Below are positions 50,818 through 60,606 of a DNA stretch of 64,000 nucleotides, in pieces. The stretch comes from an uncultured Bacteroidales bacterium (GTDB lineage Bacteria; Bacteroidota; Bacteroidia; Bacteroidales; UBA4181). Numbering within the stretch: position 1 is the stretch's first letter; each line of letters begins with the position of its first letter. The position numbers were made by a program, and so were the translations under genes. The notes under the pieces are model-generated. The model had not been told where the DNA came from, searched no databases, and saw only the letters and a program-made list of their open reading frames with translations. The stretch spans positions 7,084 through 71,083 of the forward strand of contig CAYGID010000004.1 in assembly GCA_964349835.1 (NCBI GenBank). The letters run 5' to 3'.

Positions 50818-51576
50818 ATGGTGAATGATAAGAACAAACCGTCAGAAGTAGCGGAAATCTCAGTTGAGGAAAAATTGCGTGCGCTGTACCAACTACAAAA
50901 AGTGCACAGCGAACTCGATAAGATCAACATTTTACGTGGCGAACTCCCCCTGGAGGTGCGCGATCTGGAGGATGAAATTGCCGGGTTAGAGACCCGAATT
51001 CACAATTTCATGGAAGAGATTAAGGCACTCGAGACCGCTTTAACCACAAAAAAAACTGACATTCTCAACTCCCAGAACCTGATTAAAAAGTATAAGGAGC
51101 AGCAGGACAACGTCAGGAACAACCGCGAATACGACTCACTATCGAAAGAGATTGAGTTTCAGACCCTCGAAATTGAACTCGCCGAAAAGAGGATGAAGGA
51201 GTTTTCGGCACAAATCGACGAACGCAGTCAGGCCATACAGAAATCGCAAGAGCATCTCGAATCGAAAAGTGCCGACCTTGTAGACAAACAGAAAGAGTTG
51301 GAGGAGATTTCGGCCGACACCAACAAAGACGAAGATCAACTCCACGCAAAGATTAAACAGTTAGAAGATAAAATTGAACCCCGCCTTCTTGCCGCTTATA
51401 CCCGAATCCGGAACAGTGTATACAATCGGCTTGCTGTAGTTACAGTTCAGCGCGACGCCTGCGGAGGTTGCTTTAATAATATCCCCCCGCAACGGCAGCT
51501 CGATATCCGTTCGCGCAAGAAAATCATTGTATGTGAGTACTGTGGACGCATCTTTGTAGACGACTCAATGGCATAG
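50818..51576 (+). CDS. coiled-coil / C4 zinc-ribbon protein (COG1579-type, usual Nif3 neighbour)
   Basis: A long coiled coil followed by CGGC...(20 aa)...CEYCGRI. Confidence 0.8.
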   Translation: MVNDKNKPSEVAEISVEEKLRALYQLQKVHSELDKINILRGELPLEVRDLEDEIAGLETRIHNFMEEIKALETALTTKKTDILNSQNLIKKYKEQQDNVRNNREYDSLSKEIEFQTLEIELAEKRMKEFSAQIDERSQAIQKSQEHLESKSADLVDKQKELEEISADTNKDEDQLHAKIKQLEDKIEPRLLAAYTRIRNSVYNRLAVVTVQRDACGGCFNNIPPQRQLDIRSRKKIIVCEYCGRIFVDDSMA

Positions 51577-51601
51577 TTCGCGCAGATTGCGCATAACGCA
51601 A

Positions 51602-51643
51602 AGCGCCCCGGCAAGGTTCTCAAAAGAATCGGGCCGGGGCGCT
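51602..51643. terminator. 11-bp GC-rich hairpin between convergent genes
   Basis: AGCGCCCCGGC, a 20-nt loop, then GCCGGGGCGCT. It lies between the zinc-ribbon gene stop and the lolA-like gene stop. Confidence 0.5.
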
Positions 51644-51666
51644 CTGCATCTCCAAAATTTTGATCA

Positions 51667-52344
51667 TCACCGCATATCTACCGTCTCAACTCCGGGATGA
51701 TCGGCTGCCTGAAAGCGAACCATCACCTCAGTAATCTTTTCGGGCTGCCGGGGTAACTTCAGTCGCAGCATCTGCTCTGCCCCCTCCTTCCGTGTCACCT
51801 TCAATAAGAGAGGTAGCGAGCTCTTTTCGTCGATAGTGAGCAACACGGAAACATACCGATGAGTAGTCTTTCGGGGTTTTAGCAACACATCGGCAACCTG
51901 CGCACCCTCAACACTCCGGGTACCGGCAAACTGCATATCAAAATCCTTGCTTTGCACATCGAAAAGCTTCAAGGGATTAAAAAGAGTCAGATCTTCGGGA
52001 TCGAAAAAATCTTCGGCCTTCGAGAGTGTCAGTTCATTGGCATCCTCCAGATACTGAGCAACCTCCTTTCCATCAAAAAACAGCTCCATATCGTCGAGAA
52101 GAATTCTGTATCTGCTACCCAGTACAAACAACACCCCTTCTCTTCCGGCCGAAGGGTCGGCAGGAGCCTGGGTCTCGGTTGTTTGAAAAACAAAATCGGC
52201 CTTCCAGCCGTTAGGCGAGGCCGTTGCTTTTTTCAACCGGTCGATATAGGCAATGGCCTTTGCATCAGACTGACCGGCAATGGGTTGCAGCGAACCCCAA
52301 GAAAAAAGGAGAAAAGAGAGAAAATAAAGAGTAATAACGTTCAT
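51667..52344 (-). CDS. LolA-like outer-membrane lipoprotein carrier protein
   Basis: Signal peptide MNVITLYFLSFLLFSWG. Size and position downstream of ftsK are typical for Bacteroidota lolA. The motif-level match is weak. Confidence 0.65.
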   Translation of the reverse strand: MNVITLYFLSFLLFSWGSLQPIAGQSDAKAIAYIDRLKKATASPNGWKADFVFQTTETQAPADPSAGREGVLFVLGSRYRILLDDMELFFDGKEVAQYLEDANELTLSKAEDFFDPEDLTLFNPLKLFDVQSKDFDMQFAGTRSVEGAQVADVLLKPRKTTHRYVSVLLTIDEKSSLPLLLKVTRKEGAEQMLRLKLPRQPEKITEVMVRFQAADHPGVETVDMR

Positions 52345-52400
52345 GCCGGAATAACTTCTTTTATATGAGGGCGCAACAAATCGCAACAAGGAGAAGACGA

Positions 52401-54830
52401 TTAGAAAAGACCTTTCAAATATTGTTCCAAAGAGGTCTGGTCAACAAACAAAACCTGCCGAGCCTTGCTTCCCTCGAAGGGTCCCACTATATGAGCGGCC
52501 TCCAGCTGATCCATAATGCGTCCGGCGCGGGTGTAACCAATCGAAAACTTTCTCTGAATCAAAGAGGTTGAGCCCTGTTGATGCATCACCAATAAGCGCG
52601 CTGCATCGGTAAAAAGCTCATCCCGTTTGGAGAGATCAATCTCTTTTACCTCCGACGAACTCTCCTCGCCATAGTATTCGGGCAGTTGCATGGCCGTGGT
52701 ATACCCCTGTTGCGAACCGATAAAATCGGTAATTCGCTCAATCTCGGGAATGTCAATAAAGGCACACTGCAGACGAATCATCTCCTGTCCCGTCGAAAGC
52801 AGCAAATCGCCACGTCCTACCAACTGGTCGGCGCCACCGATATCAAGAATGGTTCTGGAGTCAATCTTCGAAGTGACCCGAAAGGCAATGCGCGCAGGGA
52901 AATTGGCCTTAATGGTACCGGTAATGATGTTCACCGAAGGACGCTGCGTGGCTATCACCAGGTGGATGCCCACCGCACGGGCCAACTGTGCCAAACGGGC
53001 AATCGGCATCTCAATCTCGCGCCCGGCCGTCATAATCAGATCGGCAAACTCATCAACAATCACCACAATATAGGGGAGATAACGATGTCCCTCGGTGGGC
53101 AGAAGCCTCCGCGAAACAAACCGGGCGTTATACTCCTTAATATTCCGAACCTCGGCCAGTCTGAGGAGATCGTACCGGGTATCCATCTCAATACAGAGCG
53201 AATTAAGGGTATTGATAACCCGTTGCGTATCGGTGATAATCGCCTCCTCGCCATCGGGCAACATGGCAAGAAAGTGTCGCTCAATTTTTGAATAGAGGGT
53301 CAACTCCACCTTCTTAGGATCCACTAGAACAAACTTTACCTGAGCAGGATGCTTTTTGTACAGAATTGAGGTAATAATGGCATTCAGACCCACCGATTTG
53401 CCCTGTCCCGTGGCTCCGGCCACCAACAAGTGGGGCATTTTGGTAAGGTCAAACACAAACGTTTCGTTCGAGATGGTCTTTCCCAGCGCCACCGACAGAT
53501 CGCCCGTTGACTCCTGAAACCGTTTTGAAGCAATAATTGAACGCATGGAGACAATCTCCGGGTTCTGGTTGGGAACCTCAATCCCGATGGTACCCTTGCC
53601 AGGCATCGGGGCAATAATACGAATACCTAACGCAGAGAGGCTCAGCGCAATATCATCTTCCAGATTCTTAATGCGCGATATCCTGACTCCCGGGGCAGGT
53701 ACAATCTCATAAAGGGTAACCGTAGGTCCGATAGTGGCTTTTATCTTCTCTATCTGGATTTTATAGTTCCCCAATGTTTCAATAATCTTCTTCTTGTTGG
53801 CCAGGAGTTCCTCGTTCGACACCTCAAGTACAGTAGAGAGATGTTCGTCTAAAAGATCGATGGGAGGCAGTTTATAATGCGAGAGGTCGAGTGTGGGATC
53901 ATATTCGCCAAAGGCCTCAACTCTTGTGGGGATATGATCGGCAGGTTTGTCTACGGCTCTCTTGTCGGTAACCGTGAGTTCTACATCCTGCGGTACGGGT
54001 GCGGTTGCCCCGAATGGCACACCGGAAGAAGCCCTCTGATCGTCGTCGACATCGTCGATTTCTGTTTGAAGGGGCTCCACATCCGAATCGGCCGGTTCGA
54101 CCGTAAGCAGGTAGGGATCGGGGGTGCGATCCGGAGTATCAACAATTACGGTTGGTAACTCCTTCACCTTAACGCGCGCACCCTTTTTCGACTCTTTTTT
54201 ATTTGCATCGGCCATGGCCCCCACCAGTCTGCTCTTGAGCCCCCCAATTCGGTTCGACGACCACTTAGCAAAACTTTTGAAGGTTACAAAGAGATAGAAG
54301 AACATGACCAGAGCCAGCAACCCGCCAGCGCCAATCACTCCCAGTAGTGCACAGAGCCATTCCGAAATATAGAAGCCATGCAAACCACCCACACCACTCC
54401 CCATATATCCCTTTGCCTCACCAAAAAGGTAACCGAGGCTCACAGAGAAGAGAATCATGGAGACCGACGAAAAAAAGAAGGCTTTCCAGATGTGCATTAA
54501 AGGAACCCTGAAGAGGCGGAACCCCAGAATGTATAGGAAAAAGGGGATAAAAAAGGCAGGAATGCCAAACCCTTTGTTCATAAACTGCTCGGCCAGCCTT
54601 GCCCCCATCTTTCCGGCCCAGTTGCGAACCTCTTTGTCGGTAGCTTGTGTAAAGAGATTTGACCACTCAAAACTCTGATCGTATTTCCAGGTAAAAAAGT
54701 ACGAAACAAATGCCACCACCAGAAGCGAGGCAAAAAAAAGTATCAAGAGGCCTAAAAAAAGGCGGGTGCGGTTATCCTTGAAAAAAGCTGCAAGTCCACC
54801 CTCCTTCTCAATTTTTCGTGATTCGGCCAT
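52401..54830 (-). CDS. ftsK: DNA translocase FtsK
   Basis: N-terminal TM helices, a linker, the motor domain (Walker A GATGQGKS, Walker B VVIVDEFADL) and a C-terminal winged-helix gamma domain. I set the start at ATG 54830 because a -7 box lies inside the longer ORF. Confidence 0.95.
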   Translation of the reverse strand: MAESRKIEKEGGLAAFFKDNRTRLFLGLLILFFASLLVVAFVSYFFTWKYDQSFEWSNLFTQATDKEVRNWAGKMGARLAEQFMNKGFGIPAFFIPFFLYILGFRLFRVPLMHIWKAFFFSSVSMILFSVSLGYLFGEAKGYMGSGVGGLHGFYISEWLCALLGVIGAGGLLALVMFFYLFVTFKSFAKWSSNRIGGLKSRLVGAMADANKKESKKGARVKVKELPTVIVDTPDRTPDPYLLTVEPADSDVEPLQTEIDDVDDDQRASSGVPFGATAPVPQDVELTVTDKRAVDKPADHIPTRVEAFGEYDPTLDLSHYKLPPIDLLDEHLSTVLEVSNEELLANKKKIIETLGNYKIQIEKIKATIGPTVTLYEIVPAPGVRISRIKNLEDDIALSLSALGIRIIAPMPGKGTIGIEVPNQNPEIVSMRSIIASKRFQESTGDLSVALGKTISNETFVFDLTKMPHLLVAGATGQGKSVGLNAIITSILYKKHPAQVKFVLVDPKKVELTLYSKIERHFLAMLPDGEEAIITDTQRVINTLNSLCIEMDTRYDLLRLAEVRNIKEYNARFVSRRLLPTEGHRYLPYIVVIVDEFADLIMTAGREIEMPIARLAQLARAVGIHLVIATQRPSVNIITGTIKANFPARIAFRVTSKIDSRTILDIGGADQLVGRGDLLLSTGQEMIRLQCAFIDIPEIERITDFIGSQQGYTTAMQLPEYYGEESSSEVKEIDLSKRDELFTDAARLLVMHQQGSTSLIQRKFSIGYTRAGRIMDQLEAAHIVGPFEGSKARQVLFVDQTSLEQYLKGLF

Positions 54831-54851
54831 GACATAGTATGATTTGAACTG

Positions 54852-54859
54852 CAAAGTTA
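54852..54859 (-). promoter_or_regulatory. -7 box (TAACTTTG) for ftsK
   Basis: TAnnTTTG match on the minus strand, 22 nt upstream of the ATG at 54830. Confidence 0.4.
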
Positions 54860-54907
54860 GTGTTATTCTCAGAAAACAGGTCATTTGGGCAGAAGATTCA
54901 ATATGGT

Positions 54908-54915
54908 TACCTTTG
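54908..54915 (+). promoter_or_regulatory. -7 box (TACCTTTG) for mnmA
   Basis: TAnnTTTG match 18 nt upstream of the ATG at 54933. Confidence 0.4.
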
Positions 54916-54932
54916 GCGAAATTTGAGGGTTT

Positions 54933-56117
54933 ATGGCCAGAGTAGTGATAGGTCTTTCGGGAGGCGTTGATTCGAGCGTTGCTGCCTATTTACTTAAAAG
55001 TCAGGGGCATGATGTAACTGCATTGTTCATGATTAATTGGCACGAAACCGAAGGAACCCTGGCGGGCGATTGCCCTTGGGAGGATGATGTAATATTTGCC
55101 CGTCTTGTGGCACGGAAACTGGATATCCCGTTCTATGTAACCGACTTAAGTAGCACCTACCGCAAGCGGGTGGTCGATTATATGTTTAGCGAGTACAGTA
55201 AGGGGCGCACCCCCAATCCCGATGTATTGTGCAACCGCGAAATCAAATTCGACGTCTTCGTTGAAGAGGCGTTAAAATATGGGGCCGAATATGTGGCTAC
55301 CGGCCACTATTGCCGGAAGGAGACCCTGCTCACAGAGAAAGGGCCGGTGCACCGTTTGCTGGCCGGAATCGACTCCGGAAAAGACCAAAGCTACTTTCTT
55401 TGTCAACTCTCCCAAGAACAGCTTTCGCGCGCGCTTTTCCCTATTGGCAGCCTGCAAAAAAGCGAAGTGAGGGCCATAGCCGAACAACATGGCCTTGCAT
55501 CGGCCAAGAAAAAGGATTCACAAGGTATCTGTTTCGTGGGAAAAGTAGATTTACCCCTGTTTTTACAACAACAGCTCAAACCCTGGCCGGGCTCCATCCT
55601 GGAAATCGCTCCCGAAGAGGTACCCGTTGCCGACTTGAGCCATGATATCTCTTTGCACGAAAAGCTCTTGCGCCTGTCGGAACCCTACAGTTTCGGAGGG
55701 TGCCCTGCCCTCAAAGTTGGCGAACACGAAGGGGCACACTTTTACACCATCGGGCAGCGCAAAGGGTTACGAATCGGAGGCAGGGAGCTCCCCTCCTTTG
55801 TACTTTCGATCGATGTAGATAATAACATTGTATACACCGGACAAGGCGAAAAGCACCCAGGGCTCTACCACAAGGCTTTACGCATGGATGCTTCCGAAAC
55901 CCATTGGGTGAGACCCGATTTGCAAATTACCCCGGGCAACTCATTAAAAGTCAGAGCAAGAATACGTTATCGGCAACCCCTTCAGGAGGCCACCCTCTAC
56001 GCCTATGATACCGACTATTTCCTTGCCTTTGAAACCCCGCAAAAAAGCGTGGCCCCGGGACAGTTTGCCGCTTGGTATGTTGGCGAAGAGGTTGTAGGCT
56101 CGGGGGTGATTGCCTGA
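54933..56117 (+). CDS. mnmA: tRNA 2-thiouridine(34) synthase
   Basis: PP-loop GLSGGVDSSVAAYLL, NPDVLCN, ATGHY and DQSYFL motifs. Confidence 0.95.
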   Translation: MARVVIGLSGGVDSSVAAYLLKSQGHDVTALFMINWHETEGTLAGDCPWEDDVIFARLVARKLDIPFYVTDLSSTYRKRVVDYMFSEYSKGRTPNPDVLCNREIKFDVFVEEALKYGAEYVATGHYCRKETLLTEKGPVHRLLAGIDSGKDQSYFLCQLSQEQLSRALFPIGSLQKSEVRAIAEQHGLASAKKKDSQGICFVGKVDLPLFLQQQLKPWPGSILEIAPEEVPVADLSHDISLHEKLLRLSEPYSFGGCPALKVGEHEGAHFYTIGQRKGLRIGGRELPSFVLSIDVDNNIVYTGQGEKHPGLYHKALRMDASETHWVRPDLQITPGNSLKVRARIRYRQPLQEATLYAYDTDYFLAFETPQKSVAPGQFAAWYVGEEVVGSGVIA

Positions 56118-56172
56118 AAGTTGCTCAAATAGTTTTTTTTTCTTGTTTCTTTTGATTTTTTGAGATTATCTC

Positions 56173-56180
56173 TATATTTG
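56173..56180 (+). promoter_or_regulatory. -7 box (TATATTTG) for the ilv leader / ilvDBNC
   Basis: TAnnTTTG match 30 nt upstream of the leader-peptide ATG at 56210. Confidence 0.4.
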
Positions 56181-56209
56181 CCATGTTTTATAACATAAAA
56201 TGAGTTCTC

Positions 56210-56278
56210 ATGGGTCGAATTAACACCCTTCTCAGCCTCCTCGTGGTGGTGCTCGTCAGCAATAGAAAGCGGATGTGA
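56210..56278 (+). CDS. candidate ilv leader peptide MGRINTLLSLLVVVLVSNRKRM
   Basis: A 22-codon ORF with 10 Ile/Leu/Val codons, 9 of them within residues 7-16. It sits between a promoter box and a terminator hairpin, immediately upstream of ilvD. Confidence 0.6.
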   Translation: MGRINTLLSLLVVVLVSNRKRM

Positions 56279-56310
56279 AAGGTGTTATTTGTATATAACG
56301 TGAACAAAAA

Positions 56311-56342
56311 GCCTTCCTCACACCGCGCGAGGGGGGCTTTTT
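56311..56342 (+). terminator. attenuator terminator upstream of ilvD
   Basis: GCCTTCCTC, a 9-nt loop, then GAGGGGGGC (9 bp including two G-U pairs), followed by TTTTT. It lies 58 nt upstream of the ilvD ATG. Confidence 0.65.
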
Positions 56343-56399
56343 GCATTATAGCGGTTTCAATAGGGTAGTTAAGAAATATCAACACTAAATTCCAAGATT

Positions 56400-58226
56400 A
56401 TGAACGAGCTACGCAGTACACGAAGCACCCAGGGTCGCAGAATGGCCGGAGCAAGAAGTCTTTGGCGCGCCAATGGCATGAAAGAATCGCAATTTGGAAA
56501 GCCTATCATAGCCGTGGTGAACTCTTTTACACAGTTTGTGCCCGGACACGTACATCTGCACGAGATTGGACAACAAATTAAAGCGTGGATCGAAGAAGAG
56601 GGCTGCTTTGCTGCTGAATTCGATACGATTGCTATCGATGACGGGATTGCCATGGGCCACGACGGAATGCTCTATTCGCTACCCTCGCGCGACCTGATTG
56701 CCGACAGTGTTGAGTACATGTGCAATTCGCACCGGGTAGATGCCATGATCTGTATCAGTAACTGCGACAAAATCACCCCCGGTATGCTAATGGCCGCCGT
56801 GCGGCTTAACATTCCGGCCATTTTTGTTTCGGGCGGCCCTATGGAGGCAGGCGTGGTTGAAGACAAAAAATTTGACCTGGTAGATGTAATGGTTATGGGA
56901 GCCGACCCCTCGGTACCCGACGACTACCTGCAAAAAGTGGAGCAGAGTGCCTGCCCCGGATGTGGCTCCTGCTCGGGAATGTTCACAGCCAACTCCATGA
57001 ATTGCCTCACCGAAGCGCTCGGCCTGTCGCTCCCCGGAAACGGAAGCCTTTTGGCAACCCACAAAAAGCGCATGCAGCTCTATCACGATGGGGCTAAACG
57101 GATTGTCGAAATGGCAAACAGCTACTACTTCGAAGGCAATAACAAAGTTCTCCCCCGCTCCATCGCTTCGAAAGAGGCCTTTATGAACGCCATGACGCTC
57201 GACATTGCCATGGGAGGATCCACCAATACCGTACTGCACCTGCTGGCCATTGCCAACGAAGCCGAGGTTGAATTTACCATGAAAGATATTGATGCCCTTT
57301 CGCGCAAAATTCCTGTTTTGTGCAAAGTATCGCCCAACAGCACCAAATACCACATGCAAGATGTAAACAGGGCCGGCGGAATTCTCTCCATTTTGGGCGA
57401 ACTGGAAAAGGGAGGCCTCCTGCATACCGATACGGTACGCGCCGATGGGCTCACACTTCTGGAAGCCATTCAACGCAACGACATTGGCCGCGACAGCGCA
57501 CTGCCATCGGCCCGCGAGAGAGCACTGGCAGCCCCCTGCGGCGTAAGAAATATGGTTTTGGGATCGCAAGACAACCGCTTCTCGCAGCCCGACATCGATC
57601 GTAAAGAGGGGTGCATCAGGAGTATCGAACATTGTTACAACCGCGACGGGGGGCTGGCAGTTCTCTACGGAAACTTGGCCGCCGACGGATGCATTGTAAA
57701 AACAGCAGGGGTAAAAGAGAGCCTGTTCCATTTCGAAGGCAAAGCGGTTGTATTCGAGTCGCAAGACGATGCCTGCGATGGGATTCTGGCCGGAAAGGTA
57801 CAAGCGGGCGATGTGGTGGTGATTCGGTACGAAGGACCCAAGGGCGGCCCCGGTATGCAGGAGATGCTCTATCCTACCTCCTACATCAAATCGATGAAGT
57901 TGGGCGAAGTTTGTGCACTCCTGACCGACGGCCGTTTTTCGGGAGGAACCTCCGGACTCTCCATCGGACACGTTTCGCCCGAGGCTGCTTCCGGCGGAGC
58001 CATAGCGCTGGTTCGCGAAGGCGATAAAATTGTTATCGATATTCCCGCGAGGAGTATAAATATAGATGCACCTGCCGAAGAGATAGCCCGTCGGCAAAAA
58101 GAGGAGGAGGCGCGTGGAAAAGATGCCTTCACCCCGAAGTATCGTCGCCGCGAAATCTCGAAGGCGTTGAAAGCCTACGCTTCGATGGTTGCGTCGGCCG
58201 ACAAAGGGGCAATCAGGATGATTTAA
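56400..58226 (+). CDS. ilvD: dihydroxy-acid dehydratase
   Basis: [11 protein letters not shown], Fe-S cluster cysteines ([16 protein letters not shown]) and the C-terminal [21 protein letters not shown] motif. Confidence 0.97.
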   Translation: MNELRSTRSTQGRRMAGARSLWRANGMKESQFGKPIIAVVNSFTQFVPGHVHLHEIGQQIKAWIEEEGCFAAEFDTIAIDDGIAMGHDGMLYSLPSRDLIADSVEYMCNSHRVDAMICISNCDKITPGMLMAAVRLNIPAIFVSGGPMEAGVVEDKKFDLVDVMVMGADPSVPDDYLQKVEQSACPGCGSCSGMFTANSMNCLTEALGLSLPGNGSLLATHKKRMQLYHDGAKRIVEMANSYYFEGNNKVLPRSIASKEAFMNAMTLDIAMGGSTNTVLHLLAIANEAEVEFTMKDIDALSRKIPVLCKVSPNSTKYHMQDVNRAGGILSILGELEKGGLLHTDTVRADGLTLLEAIQRNDIGRDSALPSARERALAAPCGVRNMVLGSQDNRFSQPDIDRKEGCIRSIEHCYNRDGGLAVLYGNLAADGCIVKTAGVKESLFHFEGKAVVFESQDDACDGILAGKVQAGDVVVIRYEGPKGGPGMQEMLYPTSYIKSMKLGEVCALLTDGRFSGGTSGLSIGHVSPEAASGGAIALVREGDKIVIDIPARSINIDAPAEEIARRQKEEEARGKDAFTPKYRRREISKALKAYASMVASADKGAIRMI

Positions 58227-58246
58227 TACACTTAACCTGCACTGAC

Positions 58247-59953
58247 ATGATGAACAAACCCACAACAAAACGGATATCCGGTTCAGAAGCACTCATGCTC
58301 TCCCTCTTGGCCGAAGATGTTGATACCATTTTCGGATACCCCGGAGGAGCCATTATGCCGGTATTCGATAGTCTGTACGACTACACCGACCGATTCCGGT
58401 TTATTCTCACCCGCCACGAACAGGGAGCCGGCCACATGGCACAAGGTTATGCCAGGGTTTCGCAAAAACCGGGAGTAGCTATCGTGACCTCGGGGCCCGG
58501 CGCAACCAATATGCTCACCTGCCTGGCCGACGCCATGATAGACTCAACCCCCATGGTCTGCATCTCGGGACAGGTTGTATCGTCGTTGTTAGGCACCGAT
58601 GCCTTCCAAGAGACCGATATCATTGGCATGTCGATGCCCATCACCAAATGGAACTTTCAGATTACCTCACCCGAAGAGGTACCGCAGGCCATAGCCAAAG
58701 CCTTCTATATTGCCCGTTCGGGACGACCCGGGCCGGTCTTGCTCGATTTCACCAAGAATGCACAGTTGGGAATGCTCGATTTCAGCTACGCCCCCTGCCA
58801 CTTTATTCGCAGTTACGTTCCGTTTCCTAAAGTACAAACCGACAAAATTGCGTTGGCAGCCAACCTGCTGAACCAGGCTCAAAGGCCTATGATTTTGGTG
58901 GGACAGGGTGTATTATTGGCTCAGGCCGAAGAGGAGTTAAAGGCCTTCGTAGAAAAAACCGGAATCCCGGCAGCCTCTACCCTGCTCGGTTTGTCGGCAC
59001 TGCCCACCAACCACCCCCTCAATCTGGGCATGTTGGGTATGCATGGCAACTACGGCTCAAATAAGATGACAAGCCAGGCCGATGTGATTGTGGCCATGGG
59101 AATGCGGTTCGACGACCGTGTGGCCCAAGACGTTAAGAAATTTGCCGCGCAGGCGCAAATTATTCATATGGAGATTGATCCTTCGGAGGTGAGCAAAAAC
59201 ATTGCAGCACATATACCTCTACTCGGCGATCTCAAACAGACCCTTCCCCTGCTGACCCGTGCCTGTTCGAAAAACGAGTATCCCGAATGGATGAAATTGC
59301 ATGCAGAGTATGCCGCCATCGAAGAGGAACGGGTCATCCAACCGCTTCTTTACCCCTCTACCCCCGAAATCAGCATGGCCGAGGCAGTTAGGGTAGTTAA
59401 CGAACACACCGGCGGTTCGGCTATTGTTGTTACCGATGTAGGTCAACATCAAATGATTGCAGCCCGTTATGCCAAACTGAACACAGCACGCACCTTTATT
59501 ACCTCGGGCGGGCTGGGTACCATGGGATATGGCTTACCGGCGGCTATCGGGGCCAAACTGGCTTGTCCGGGCAAAGAGGTCGTACTCTTTGTGGGCGACG
59601 GGGGCATCCAGATGACCATCCAGGAGCTGGGCACCATTATGGAGTCGAAAGTGGGCGTCAAGATTGTGGTTCTGAACAATGGATTTTTGGGCATGGTTCG
59701 CCAGTGGCAAGAGCTTTTCCATGGCGGGCGCTACTCATCGACTCCCATGATGAGCCCCGACTTTATTGCCCTTGCTGCTGCATATGCAATTCCGGGTCAG
59801 AAGGTAGAAACACGAAGCGATCTTTCGGGAGCAATAGACCGGATGTTTGCCACCCCCGGCCCCTTCTTCCTGGAGGTTATGGTTGCCAGTGAGGATAATG
59901 TGTTCCCCATGATCCCTGCCGGAAAATCGGTCGATGACATCCGGTTTGAATAG
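58247..59953 (+). CDS. ilvB: acetolactate synthase, large (catalytic) subunit
   Basis: TPP enzyme. Motifs GYPGGAIMP, TSGPGATN, GGLGTMGYGLPAAIGA and GDGGIQMTIQEL. Confidence 0.95.
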   Translation: MMNKPTTKRISGSEALMLSLLAEDVDTIFGYPGGAIMPVFDSLYDYTDRFRFILTRHEQGAGHMAQGYARVSQKPGVAIVTSGPGATNMLTCLADAMIDSTPMVCISGQVVSSLLGTDAFQETDIIGMSMPITKWNFQITSPEEVPQAIAKAFYIARSGRPGPVLLDFTKNAQLGMLDFSYAPCHFIRSYVPFPKVQTDKIALAANLLNQAQRPMILVGQGVLLAQAEEELKAFVEKTGIPAASTLLGLSALPTNHPLNLGMLGMHGNYGSNKMTSQADVIVAMGMRFDDRVAQDVKKFAAQAQIIHMEIDPSEVSKNIAAHIPLLGDLKQTLPLLTRACSKNEYPEWMKLHAEYAAIEEERVIQPLLYPSTPEISMAEAVRVVNEHTGGSAIVVTDVGQHQMIAARYAKLNTARTFITSGGLGTMGYGLPAAIGAKLACPGKEVVLFVGDGGIQMTIQELGTIMESKVGVKIVVLNNGFLGMVRQWQELFHGGRYSSTPMMSPDFIALAAAYAIPGQKVETRSDLSGAIDRMFATPGPFFLEVMVASEDNVFPMIPAGKSVDDIRFE

Positions 59954-59981
59954 AACGATTCACTCTTAAAATGGAAACAGT

Positions 59982-60539
59982 ATGATACAGGAATATACCA
60001 TCACGGCCTTTTCGGAAAACAGCGTGGGGCTGTTGAACCGGATCACCATTATTTTTACCCGGCGGCGTCTCAATATTGAGAGCCTCACCGTGTCGGCCTC
60101 TTCGATTCGCGGCATTCACAAATTTACGATTGTTGTAAAGGCCTCGCACGAACAGGTCGAAAAAGTGACCAAACAACTCGAAAAACTGGTAGAGGTGCTA
60201 AGGGCCTATTTCCACACCAATTCCGAAATTATTCACCAAGAGGTGGCGCTCTACAAAGTAAACACCTCCTCCTTGATGATTCCTTCGGCCGTTGAAGAGA
60301 TTGTTCGGCACTTTAGAGCTCATATTCTGGATGTTACAACCGAATATATCATCTTCGAAAAGACGGGTTACAGTACCGAAACGCAAGAGCTGTTCGACTA
60401 TATGGATGCCCGTTTTAAGGTTGTACAATTTACCCGCTCGGGGCGAATTGCCGTAACCAAGGATCCTCGCGAAAGACTTACCGACTACCTGCACGAAATG
60501 GAGGCAATAGAAAAAGCCCGCTTCAAACAGGGTAGTTAA
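59982..60539 (+). CDS. ilvN: acetolactate synthase, small (regulatory, ACT-domain) subunit
   Basis: ENSVGLLNRITIIFTRRRLNIESLTV ACT motif. It lies directly after ilvB. Confidence 0.93.
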   Translation: MIQEYTITAFSENSVGLLNRITIIFTRRRLNIESLTVSASSIRGIHKFTIVVKASHEQVEKVTKQLEKLVEVLRAYFHTNSEIIHQEVALYKVNTSSLMIPSAVEEIVRHFRAHILDVTTEYIIFEKTGYSTETQELFDYMDARFKVVQFTRSGRIAVTKDPRERLTDYLHEMEAIEKARFKQGS

Positions 60540-60606
60540 GCATCGCACCACACAATTTATATTTTTTTTCCTTTCTTTGTAACCTATATTCTTAATTCAA
60601 TCAAAA

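Noticed and set aside
56188-56385. A 65-aa minus-strand ORF and a 7-codon plus-strand ORF (56200-56223, MSSHGSN) in the ilv leader region.
   Set aside because: The minus-strand ORF spans the promoter, leader peptide and terminator of the ilv attenuator and has no features of its own. The 7-codon ORF contains no regulatory (BCAA) codons and overlaps the better candidate out of frame.
56787-58292. A 501-aa ORF lies antisense to the whole of ilvD. Similar gene-length antisense ORFs lie opposite ilvC (60601-61650, 349 aa), the TPR gene (38988-39815), gyrA (41834-42619), the M23 peptidase gene (48841-49539), ftsK (52686-53291) and pyrD (26022-26603).
   Set aside because: I checked the phase of each one. 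All are in the antisense frame whose codons coincide exactly with the sense codons. That frame is open whenever the sense gene lacks TTA, CTA and TCA codons (the reverse complements of the stop codons), which is a codon-usage effect. The translations are low-complexity (G/R/V/A-rich) with no motifs, while the sense strands encode unmistakable conserved enzymes.
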